A stretch of 50,507 nt of DNA. It comes from Bacteroidota bacterium. GTDB taxonomy: Bacteria; Bacteroidota; Bacteroidia; NS11-12g; UBA955. A program made the position numbers and the translations under genes. Position 1 is the stretch's first letter; every line of letters starts with the position of its first letter. Location of the stretch: contig JBJTNN010000299.1 of assembly GCA_046074125.1 (NCBI GenBank), forward strand, positions 1 to 50,507, in the 5' to 3' direction. The notes beneath the pieces are model-generated. The model did not search any database and had not been told where the DNA came from. It worked only from the letters and a program-made list of their open reading frames with translations. Below are positions 43,158 to 50,507 of this stretch, piece by piece.

Positions 43158-45134
43158 ATGAATTATTTATCAGCGGAATTACTCACCAAGAGTTGGAATG
43201 AAAAGGTATTGTTCAACCAGATTACATTTGGATTGAATCGTGGAGACAAGGTGGCACTGATTGCTGGTAACGGCAGCGGGAAGAGCAGTTTGTTGAACAT
43301 TTTGGCGGGATTGGATAAACCCGATGCGGGCAATTTGAGTATTCGCAAAGAAATTCATTGGGAGTATTTGCCTCAGGATCCGGTATTGAACGAGCAGTTA
43401 TCGGTTTTAGACAATTTGTTTGTGGGGAATACCCCATCGATCATCGCCCTGAAAGAGTACGAGGCGGCTTTGTTGGCCTATTCAGAATTGGCGAATGAGG
43501 AGACCGAAAAACGCTTGGATTTGGCTACGTCTGAAATGACGATGTCGGAAAGTTGGGACTACGAAGCCCGGGCCAAGCAAGTATTGGGAAAGTTGAACAT
43601 TCACGAGGCCGATTTGGCAAAAAATGTGGGTGTGTTGAGTGGCGGACAGCGGAAGCGGGTGGCGTTGGCGCGCGTGTTGATTGATGTGCCCGACATGTTG
43701 ATTTTGGACGAGCCCACCAACCATTTGGATTTGGACATGATTGAGTGGTTGGAGGAGTATCTGAGCGATAAGAATTTGACTTTGTTGTTGGTGACTCACG
43801 ATCGTTATTTTTTGGATCGGGTATGCAATCGAATTTTGGAATTGGACCGGGGGGCGTTGTACACTTATCAGGGGAACTACGCGTATTTTGTGGAGAAGAA
43901 GGCGATGCGGGAAGAGGTTGAAGCCAGTGAGCGCGAGAAGAATCGGAACACATTTCGTCGGGAATTGGATTGGGTAAGGCGTATGCCCAAGGCGCGCACT
44001 ACCAAAAGCAAGAGTCGGTTGGATGCCTTTGATGATTTGGCTGAAAAGGTGAAAGGCCCATACACGCAGCAAAAGGTGGAGTTTGGTGTAAAGATGGAGC
44101 GATTGGGATCGAAGATATTGGAGTTGCATCACCTAGAAAAAGCGTACGGTTCACAACCCATTTTGGGCGATTTTAGTTACACGTTTAAACGGGGCGAAAA
44201 AATCGGGATTGTGGGTCCGAATGGCGTTGGTAAGAGCACGTTGCTCAACATGATTATGGGGGTGGAGAAGGCGGATAAGGGGAAAATTGTGTCGGGAGAA
44301 ACGTTGGTTTTTGGTTATTTCTCGCAGCAGGGGATGCCTGTGGACGACAACAAGCGGGTGATAGACGTAGTAAAAGACATCGCAGAATATTTGCCTTTGG
44401 CAGATGGTACCAAACTGTCGGCCTCCCAGTTTTTACTGCGGTTTGGGTTTTCAAACGATACGCAATACAATGTGGTTTCTCGGTTGAGCGGGGGTGAGCG
44501 TCGACGGTTGTTTTTGATGACCGTATTGATCAAGAATCCCAACTTTTTGATTTTGGACGAGCCCACCAACGACTTGGATATTGTAACATTGGCCACTTTG
44601 GAGGCGTTTTTGATGGATTATTCGGGTTGTGTGTTGGTGGTGACGCACGACCGTTATTTTATGGACAAGTTGGTAGATCACGTATTTGTGTTTGAGGGTG
44701 AGGGCAAGGTGCGTGATTACCCAGGAAATTATACCGAGTATCGTACTTGGAAAGAGTTGTATGACGAAGAGGCAGCGGCTGTGCGCAAGGGTCAGGATGT
44801 AAAGGGCAAGGGACTTCCTTCGGGTTCATTGAAAGCGGGAACGTTGCATGGGGAAACAAAGAGTAAGGTTGCAGTGGAATTGGTGGTAGGGGCGGGTGTT
44901 GCAGGGAAATCCGAAGAAAAGCGCAAGTTAACGTACAAGGAAAAATTCGAATACGAGCAGTTGGGTACGGAATTGGAGGCGCTGGAGCTGAAGAAAAAGG
45001 CGTTGGAGGTGGAGCTTTCGGGATTGACCACTGATTTTGAGCGCATCACATCGGTGAGTGCTGAGTTGCAGCGGGTGAATGATGATTTGGATGAGAAAGG
45101 ACTGCGCTGGTTGGAATTGGGCGAGTGGGCATAA
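43158..45134 (+). CDS. ABC-F family ATPase (Uup-like, tandem ABC domains plus C-terminal coiled coil)
   Basis: Two Walker A motifs (GNGSGKSS, GPNGVGKST), two signatures ([16 protein letters not shown]) and two Walker B motifs (LILDEPTN x2). No TM domain, and a charged C-terminal helix. Confidence 0.9.
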   Translation: MNYLSAELLTKSWNEKVLFNQITFGLNRGDKVALIAGNGSGKSSLLNILAGLDKPDAGNLSIRKEIHWEYLPQDPVLNEQLSVLDNLFVGNTPSIIALKEYEAALLAYSELANEETEKRLDLATSEMTMSESWDYEARAKQVLGKLNIHEADLAKNVGVLSGGQRKRVALARVLIDVPDMLILDEPTNHLDLDMIEWLEEYLSDKNLTLLLVTHDRYFLDRVCNRILELDRGALYTYQGNYAYFVEKKAMREEVEASEREKNRNTFRRELDWVRRMPKARTTKSKSRLDAFDDLAEKVKGPYTQQKVEFGVKMERLGSKILELHHLEKAYGSQPILGDFSYTFKRGEKIGIVGPNGVGKSTLLNMIMGVEKADKGKIVSGETLVFGYFSQQGMPVDDNKRVIDVVKDIAEYLPLADGTKLSASQFLLRFGFSNDTQYNVVSRLSGGERRRLFLMTVLIKNPNFLILDEPTNDLDIVTLATLEAFLMDYSGCVLVVTHDRYFMDKLVDHVFVFEGEGKVRDYPGNYTEYRTWKELYDEEAAAVRKGQDVKGKGLPSGSLKAGTLHGETKSKVAVELVVGAGVAGKSEEKRKLTYKEKFEYEQLGTELEALELKKKALEVELSGLTTDFERITSVSAELQRVNDDLDEKGLRWLELGEWA

Positions 45135-45149
45135 AATAACGGGAAGGGC

Positions 45150-46127
45150 ATGGACAACCGCAACCGAAATATCGATGGTTTAAAGGGATTGCTGGTGTTG
45201 TTAGTATTGGTTGGTCACGGATTGCAGGGTCGGTTAGATCAGCACATCCTTCGCTACATGATTTACGCGTTTCACATGCCGTTTTTTATTGCGATTGCGG
45301 GGTATTTGTTTCCATTTTCTCGTGCTGGGGTTGATTCTTTTCGGGAGTTTTTGGGTAGGTATGGCAAGCGATTGCTACTTCCTTGGGCCTTGGCGATGGT
45401 TGTTTATGCGGTGTATTTGGGTGCTTTTGGTGCCAAATCGCCAACATGGAAGGGCTGGTTGAGTTATTTGTCGGTACCCTTTTATCATTTGTGGTTTGTG
45501 CCGGCCTATTTGTTTTGGAGCACGATGGCATGGTGGATGTCGGTGAGGCAATTTTCTCGCTTGCAGGCATTGCTGTTAGGCATATTGGTTTCATTGCCAT
45601 TTTTCTATATCAAATCGGTATGGATGTCTGAGTTAACGGGGTTGGTGGGTACCAATGTGGCGGGATTATTGATTCACACTTTGCGGCCGCATTACTTTTT
45701 GTTTTTTGTTTTGGGGATGTCGTTGCGTGACGAGCGATTAAAGACAGGATCGTGGTTGTTTTGGTTATCGGGTACGGTTTTGATGGGTATTTTTGGTGGT
45801 TTATTTTATTTTCATCAGGGGGTGACGGATGGCATGCGCGATGGGGTTTGGATTTTCGCCAATGTGTTTTTGTTGGTGGGTTTGATGCGACTGGTGCGGG
45901 TTGATGCCTTGCCGAAGTCTAAGGTTTTTGAGTGGATGGGACAGCAGTCGTTGGGGGTGTATTTGTGGCATGTTTTGCCCTTGTTATGGGTTAGGGATTG
46001 GCTTGGGACCAAGGATTTGGGTAAGTTTTATGGTTGGTTGGGATTGGTAGAATTGGGATTTTTGTGTGGGTTGTTTTTGTTGTGGCGGTATTGGCGTGGA
46101 TCGCGTTTTCTGATGGGTTCACGATAG
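45150..46127 (+). CDS. Acyltransferase family 3 (OafA-like) membrane protein
   Basis: NIDGLKGLLVLLVLVGH plus about 10 TM helices, typical of the acyltransferase_3 family. Confidence 0.7.
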   Translation: MDNRNRNIDGLKGLLVLLVLVGHGLQGRLDQHILRYMIYAFHMPFFIAIAGYLFPFSRAGVDSFREFLGRYGKRLLLPWALAMVVYAVYLGAFGAKSPTWKGWLSYLSVPFYHLWFVPAYLFWSTMAWWMSVRQFSRLQALLLGILVSLPFFYIKSVWMSELTGLVGTNVAGLLIHTLRPHYFLFFVLGMSLRDERLKTGSWLFWLSGTVLMGIFGGLFYFHQGVTDGMRDGVWIFANVFLLVGLMRLVRVDALPKSKVFEWMGQQSLGVYLWHVLPLLWVRDWLGTKDLGKFYGWLGLVELGFLCGLFLLWRYWRGSRFLMGSR

Positions 46128-46204
46128 ATTGCAGCAGTTTTTAGGTTGGCTAGGTTGGTGGAGGGTGGTGTTTAGGGGGTTGGTGTGAGTCTCGGATTTT
46201 GGGT

Positions 46205-46212
46205 TATTTTTG
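46205..46212 (+). promoter_or_regulatory. -7 box TATTTTTG 5 nt upstream of the fabD ATG
   Basis: The text is TATTTTTG-cgcct-ATG (46218). Confidence 0.35.
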
Positions 46213-46217
46213 CGCCT

Positions 46218-47102
46218 ATGAGCAAGCACGCCTATGTTTTTCCCGGTCAGGGAAGTCAGTTTGTGGGTATGGGCAAGGACCTATACGAAAGCAACGCCCA
46301 AGCGAAAGAACTCTTTGAGAAGGCCAATGAAATATTGGGATTTCGGATTACTGATTTGATGTTCGAGGGGACCGACGAAGATTTGCGTCAGACCCGTGTT
46401 ACGCAGCCCGCCATTTTTTTACACAGCGTTATTCGTGCGGTGGTAATGGGCGATGATTTTCGGCCAGCGATGGTGGCTGGACACAGTTTGGGGGAGTTTA
46501 GTGCATTGGTGGCAGCGGGTGCGATGAAGTTTGAGGATGGTTTGCGATTGGTGGAGCAGCGGGCATTGGCGATGCAGGAGGCTTGTGAATTGGTTTCTGG
46601 AACAATGGCTGCGGTGTTGGCGTTGGACGATGAAAAGGTAGAGGCGGTTTGTGCGGAAACGGAAGGTGTTGTAGTACCTGCGAATTACAATTGTCCAGGG
46701 CAGTTGGTAATTTCTGGTGCCTATGCTGCGGTTGAAGCGGCTTGTGAGGGCATGAAGGCAGCGGGTGCCAAGCGGGCGTTAATTCTGCCTGTTGGGGGTG
46801 CGTTTCACAGTCCGTTGATGGAGCCAGCGCGTGAAAAGTTGGCCAAGGCGATTGAGGCCACAGAGATTGTTGCACCAAGGTGTGCGATTTATCAGAATGT
46901 TACGGCGAGTGCTGTGCTGGATCAGGATGAGATTAAGCGCAATTTGGTGGCTCAGCTAACCGCTCCGGTGCGTTGGACGCAAAGTGTAAGGGCAATGGTT
47001 GCCGACGGTGCAGTGAAGTTCACAGAAGTAGGACCTGGCAAGGTGTTGCAGGGTTTGGTGAAGAAGATCGCTGCCGAGGTAGAAGCCGAGAGTGTTGCTT
47101 AA
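46218..47102 (+). CDS. fabD: Malonyl-CoA:ACP transacylase
   Basis: FPGQGSQ, active-site GHSLGEFSA, and the AFHSPLM motif. Confidence 0.92.
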   Translation: MSKHAYVFPGQGSQFVGMGKDLYESNAQAKELFEKANEILGFRITDLMFEGTDEDLRQTRVTQPAIFLHSVIRAVVMGDDFRPAMVAGHSLGEFSALVAAGAMKFEDGLRLVEQRALAMQEACELVSGTMAAVLALDDEKVEAVCAETEGVVVPANYNCPGQLVISGAYAAVEAACEGMKAAGAKRALILPVGGAFHSPLMEPAREKLAKAIEATEIVAPRCAIYQNVTASAVLDQDEIKRNLVAQLTAPVRWTQSVRAMVADGAVKFTEVGPGKVLQGLVKKIAAEVEAESVA

Positions 47103-50100
47103 CGAATCAGTTCTATGACCCCACTGTATAATTTGGGGCTGGGGATATATGGACTGTCGATGATGTTTAATTGATAGAAATAGGTTCCTGCAGGCAGGAT
47201 GGGTCCTTGGTTATTGACGCGACCGTTCCAGCAGTCGTCTAAATTTTTGGTGAAGAAAATTCTTTCTCCGTAGCGATTGAAGATGCGGAGTTCGGCGTTT
47301 TCGCAGGAGGAGGAGATGCCATAGACGCGGAAGCAGTCGTTTTTTCCGTCGGCATTGCCAGGGGTAAAGACATTGGCAATTTTCACTTCATGGGTACTGT
47401 CACTGCTGATTTGCAAGGGTAATTTGAGGGTATCGGTGCAACCGGATGCCGCATTTTTGATGACCACGGTGGCGGTATACTGTCCGGCCGCGTATTGATA
47501 ATTCTTTTTCACCACGCCGTTTCCGGAGGTCCTTTGTATGGGTGTTCCATCGCCAAAGTTCCAGATGATACTGTCGCCGTAGGTAATATCCAGGTTGAGG
47601 TTGACCCCCGGTTTACAGGGGATGAATTCTGCGGAAATTCCGGCTTTGGGCGATAGGGTGATGCGAACTTTTTTTGTGTAGGATGCGGTGGCGTTGCAGC
47701 TGTTTGAATCTGTTACGGTAAGTTTTACGGTGTAAGTTCCGGTATCGCGGTACAGGTGTTCTGGGTTGAACTGGTGTGAGGTGTCACCGTCGCCAAAATC
47801 CCAACGATAAGTGCCGTTGAAGCGGTGAAGTGGTTGAAACGCTATGGTTTTATTGAGGCAAATGGTTTCAGGTTTGGCTACAAACAAAGCATCTACAGAG
47901 TAGCCCAGTCTGAAATCCAATTTGAAGCTTGCGTTGGAACATCGCACACTCACGTTGTTTTTAAAGGCCACATTGGTGGGCGAGGTGGGGAAATCGTTGA
48001 GTCCGGGCGGACTGTTCGGACAACTTGCGCAAACGCTTTGGTAAATAATGCCTCGGTTATCGAACCGGGAGGTGCCGCCATCTACATGGTCGTCTGAGAG
48101 ATTGCCACCAAAATAAGAGGCGTACTTGAGCGTTTTGGCGTCTTTTCCGAGTACGATGAGATAGAAATCGTTGTTGTCGGTTGTTTTTTGGTGTGCGTCG
48201 CTGGTGATGGGAAGGCCGCCGGTGGTACCTGCGTTGCCCACCCCAATGTTCGACCCCCAGCCACTGAAATAGATATTGTAGCAATTATCGACCATGAACG
48301 CTGAGGGACTCAATTCGGGGAGGCCATTGGTGCGATTCCCAAAAGTGGTGATAAATTCAAGGCTTTTGAGGTCGTTGCTGAATCGGCCGATGAACTGCGA
48401 AGTATTGTTTTTACCGTAGGTGCCTGGACTCCGCGTAATTTGTCCTTCCGTTTGCCCAGTGAAATACACTTTGTTGTTGATGTCTAGATCGATAAAATAA
48501 ATTTGGTCATAATCAACGCTACCCCAGTATGTTCCTATATCGTATTTGCCATTGTTTTTGTTGAATCGTGCCACAAAGCCATCGATGCTGCCCACGGTTG
48601 TTGAGCGGTAACCCGCGCCTGCCATGGGGAAATTGCTTGAAAGGGTACCACCACCGATGTACAGGTGGGCCGAGTCATCTACTTTCACGGAGTAGGCGGC
48701 ATCGTCGTCTGAACCACCCATGAGTGTGGCCCATTTGAGTTTTGATAGGTTGTTGTTGAGGCAGAGAATGGCCGCGTCGGTTTCTCCTTTTGGCTTTGAT
48801 TGTAGGGCGCCGAGGGTGGTAGGAAAGTTGGTTGACCGGGTACAGGTTGCGACATAAATGGTGCCACTGTCATCGGTGGTTATATCGCCGCGATAGTTGT
48901 CGGCATAGTTATAAACCAATGCAGTGAAGGGTGATTCTGTTTGAAATCCGTCGGCATCGGTGCCGCCGATGAATGTGCCACCGAGTAATTTGGAACCATC
49001 ACTACTCAGTTTGTTGACGAAGATATCGTAGTCGCCCTGATGATTCAAAAAGGCCGCTGAATCTGGATGAACGGGGAAATTGAACGACAGTGTGGTGCCA
49101 AAAATGAGCAGGTTGTTGAAGGGGTCAACGCAGAGCGAGTGTGGGTATTCATCGTCATCACCGCCCATGTAGGTGGCAAACAACAATTTTGATCCATCGG
49201 GGGAGTATTTGCTGATGGATATGTCGCAGGGCAATTGCACTGGGGGTGCTCCCATTCCACCGCCGCCATAGGTTGTTTGAAAGGCGCCCACGGTTACTGG
49301 ATATTTTCTGGAGTAGGCATCGACAATGCCACCGGCATAAAGGCAACCGCTGGTATCGTAGGTGGCGGTAAAGCCAAAATTATCGCCTTGGGAACCGCTG
49401 TAGGTACTGAATACGAGAATGGGGTCGATAATCAGTGGCGTTGCGGGGTCGTATTTGCCCACGTTCAATTTGATGGTATTGCCGGAAACTGCGTAAGCAC
49501 AATTTACGGGTGTGGCTTTGTTTTTCAGTGGATGACGTTGAAAGGCTTTGGGCGGATTGATTTGGAAATTGCCCACTGAAGTTTGCAAGTTGAGGGTATT
49601 TTTTAGAAGGGAAAGTTGGGTTTGATCATCGACCTGGAGTCCGATCAGTTTGGGATTTGCACCTGGGTGAATGATCCAATCAAATTCGAGGGATTGTTGT
49701 TGAAAATAGATGGCAATGTCGATGCCAGGGTAGAGATTTTTCAGGATGATTTTTTGTGCTGGGGAAACGGATTTCCAGAGCGATTTCTCATGGCCCAAGA
49801 AGTAATTTTCACGCCAAGGTGCAGGGTCTTGAAATAGTATTTCAGTGGGTTTTTGGGGGTTGAGAAATTTGAGATCGGTTACGTGATAGGCCAGGGTAAA
49901 TTGAGTGTCTTTGCCTTTGTGGTGATGAATTTGGTGTTTTCTTTCGATGTTTTCGGGGGCTTCAGTTAGGATTCGAAGTCCGGATTCGGTGATAAAAATT
50001 GCACCACCGGGTATGACGGCCTGGGCAATGCTTGGATTCTCATCGGGCCATTGACCCACATTGGGGGTAAAATACAACTGCGACGCAACGGGTGAAGTTG

Positions 50101-50209
50101 TTGCAATGGAGGCACTTACCTGTGATTGCTGTGCCCACAACGGTTCGATGGCGAGCATGCACAAAAGCACCAGATACAATCGCCAGTATGAAAGCCGTTG
50201 AATTACCAC
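47099..50209 (-). CDS. Large secreted T9SS cargo: SBBP beta-propeller-type repeats, two PKD domains and a type-B (gliding-motility) C-terminal sorting domain
   Basis: GTG start with signal peptide. Repeated ...GG.D.D....S...D..G.IY..G.T.S.NFP.. units. PKD signatures WDFGDGDTS...YTVKLTVTD and WNFGDGTP. The C-terminus VFTPGNADGKNDCF...NRYGERIF...WNG...PAGTYFY matches the CHU_C/T9SS type-B pattern. Confidence 0.85.
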   Translation of the reverse strand: MVIQRLSYWRLYLVLLCMLAIEPLWAQQSQVSASIATTSPVASQLYFTPNVGQWPDENPSIAQAVIPGGAIFITESGLRILTEAPENIERKHQIHHHKGKDTQFTLAYHVTDLKFLNPQKPTEILFQDPAPWRENYFLGHEKSLWKSVSPAQKIILKNLYPGIDIAIYFQQQSLEFDWIIHPGANPKLIGLQVDDQTQLSLLKNTLNLQTSVGNFQINPPKAFQRHPLKNKATPVNCAYAVSGNTIKLNVGKYDPATPLIIDPILVFSTYSGSQGDNFGFTATYDTSGCLYAGGIVDAYSRKYPVTVGAFQTTYGGGGMGAPPVQLPCDISISKYSPDGSKLLFATYMGGDDDEYPHSLCVDPFNNLLIFGTTLSFNFPVHPDSAAFLNHQGDYDIFVNKLSSDGSKLLGGTFIGGTDADGFQTESPFTALVYNYADNYRGDITTDDSGTIYVATCTRSTNFPTTLGALQSKPKGETDAAILCLNNNLSKLKWATLMGGSDDDAAYSVKVDDSAHLYIGGGTLSSNFPMAGAGYRSTTVGSIDGFVARFNKNNGKYDIGTYWGSVDYDQIYFIDLDINNKVYFTGQTEGQITRSPGTYGKNNTSQFIGRFSNDLKSLEFITTFGNRTNGLPELSPSAFMVDNCYNIYFSGWGSNIGVGNAGTTGGLPITSDAHQKTTDNNDFYLIVLGKDAKTLKYASYFGGNLSDDHVDGGTSRFDNRGIIYQSVCASCPNSPPGLNDFPTSPTNVAFKNNVSVRCSNASFKLDFRLGYSVDALFVAKPETICLNKTIAFQPLHRFNGTYRWDFGDGDTSHQFNPEHLYRDTGTYTVKLTVTDSNSCNATASYTKKVRITLSPKAGISAEFIPCKPGVNLNLDITYGDSIIWNFGDGTPIQRTSGNGVVKKNYQYAAGQYTATVVIKNAASGCTDTLKLPLQISSDSTHEVKIANVFTPGNADGKNDCFRVYGISSSCENAELRIFNRYGERIFFTKNLDDCWNGRVNNQGPILPAGTYFYQLNIIDSPYIPSPKLYSGVIELIR

Positions 50210-50214
50210 AATAA

Positions 50215-50222
50215 CAAAGTTA
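50215..50222 (-). promoter_or_regulatory. -7 box TAACTTTG 5 nt upstream of the T9SS-cargo GTG start
   Basis: Plus strand reads caaagtta. It is embedded in the palindrome aataacaaagttatt (50211-50225). Confidence 0.3.
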
Positions 50223-50278
50223 TTGAAAACAAAACAGCTTTCGTCGTTGCCCGTGGACGAGTAAAATCCTGATTTGTT

Positions 50279-50507
50279 TTACTTTTCTACAGATAAGCGC
50301 AAATCGAGGGCTTCACCGATGATGGCACAAACGGCATCTACCCCTTGATTCTGGTTAAAATCAGCAGTAAGGGTTGGGTTGTTGTTTCTCAAGCCTTTGG
50401 GGGCATTGCCGAGCACGGCAATTTTTACATTGTAGTGTTCTTCCACTGCATCAATTACGTCTGACAGTGGTGCGTTGCTGAACGACAATGTTCCTTGGCG
50501 CCAATTC
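50279..50507 (-). CDS. C-terminal fragment of a FecR-family anti-sigma/sensor protein, truncated by the window edge
   Basis: The ORF is open to the window end. ...GTLSFSNAPLSDVIDAVEEHYNVKIAV...LTADF resembles the FecR C-terminal (DUF4974) motif F.N.PL..V...LE..YNV.I. Confidence 0.55.
   Translation of the reverse strand, partial: NWRQGTLSFSNAPLSDVIDAVEEHYNVKIAVLGNAPKGLRNNNPTLTADFNQNQGVDAVCAIIGEALDLRLSVEK

Noticed and set aside
1-50507. Scan for CRISPR arrays, tRNA/rRNA genes, IS elements, transposases, integrases and prophage genes.
   Set aside because: No regularly spaced direct repeats and no tRNA-like T-arm/acceptor pattern were found in any intergenic gap. No ORF shows transposase (DDE), tyrosine-recombinase (R..H..R..Y) or phage structural signatures.

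Overview
A 50.5-kb chromosomal segment that looks like a Bacteroidota genome. Evidence for that assignment: a large cargo protein with a T9SS type-B (gliding-motility) C-terminal sorting domain, a FecR-type anti-sigma fragment, recurrent TAnnTTTG -7 promoter boxes, and no Shine-Dalgarno-like leaders. Most of the window is tightly packed housekeeping: hflX, msrB, polA, leuS, obg, iscS-iscU-iscA, two parvulin/SurA-like chaperones plus moxR, nth, lplA, lptB, a DEAD-box helicase, an acyl-CoA carboxyltransferase, an ABC-F ATPase and fabD. It also carries envelope functions: a putative porin, a lipoprotein/OM cluster, and a GT2 plus ArnT/PMT-like glycosyltransferase pair. The ORF track misses one RNA gene, a small SRP RNA (ffs) at about 33981-34065, which has its own -7 box and a T-run. 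polA has its first 32 codons in a different frame, consistent with one missing T at 5405-5410. The clear outlier is a ~3.5-kb low-GC islet (37951-41462) with five small same-strand genes for membrane-anchored or lipoprotein products of unknown function. These form four cassettes, each preceded by a degenerate shared junction element (GACGACA ... CCAA on the coding strand). The array is headed by a 329-nt AT-rich non-coding leader, and no recombinase is visible in the window. I saw no CRISPR array, tRNA, rRNA, transposase or integrase. All similarity calls are by eye from motifs; no searches were run.
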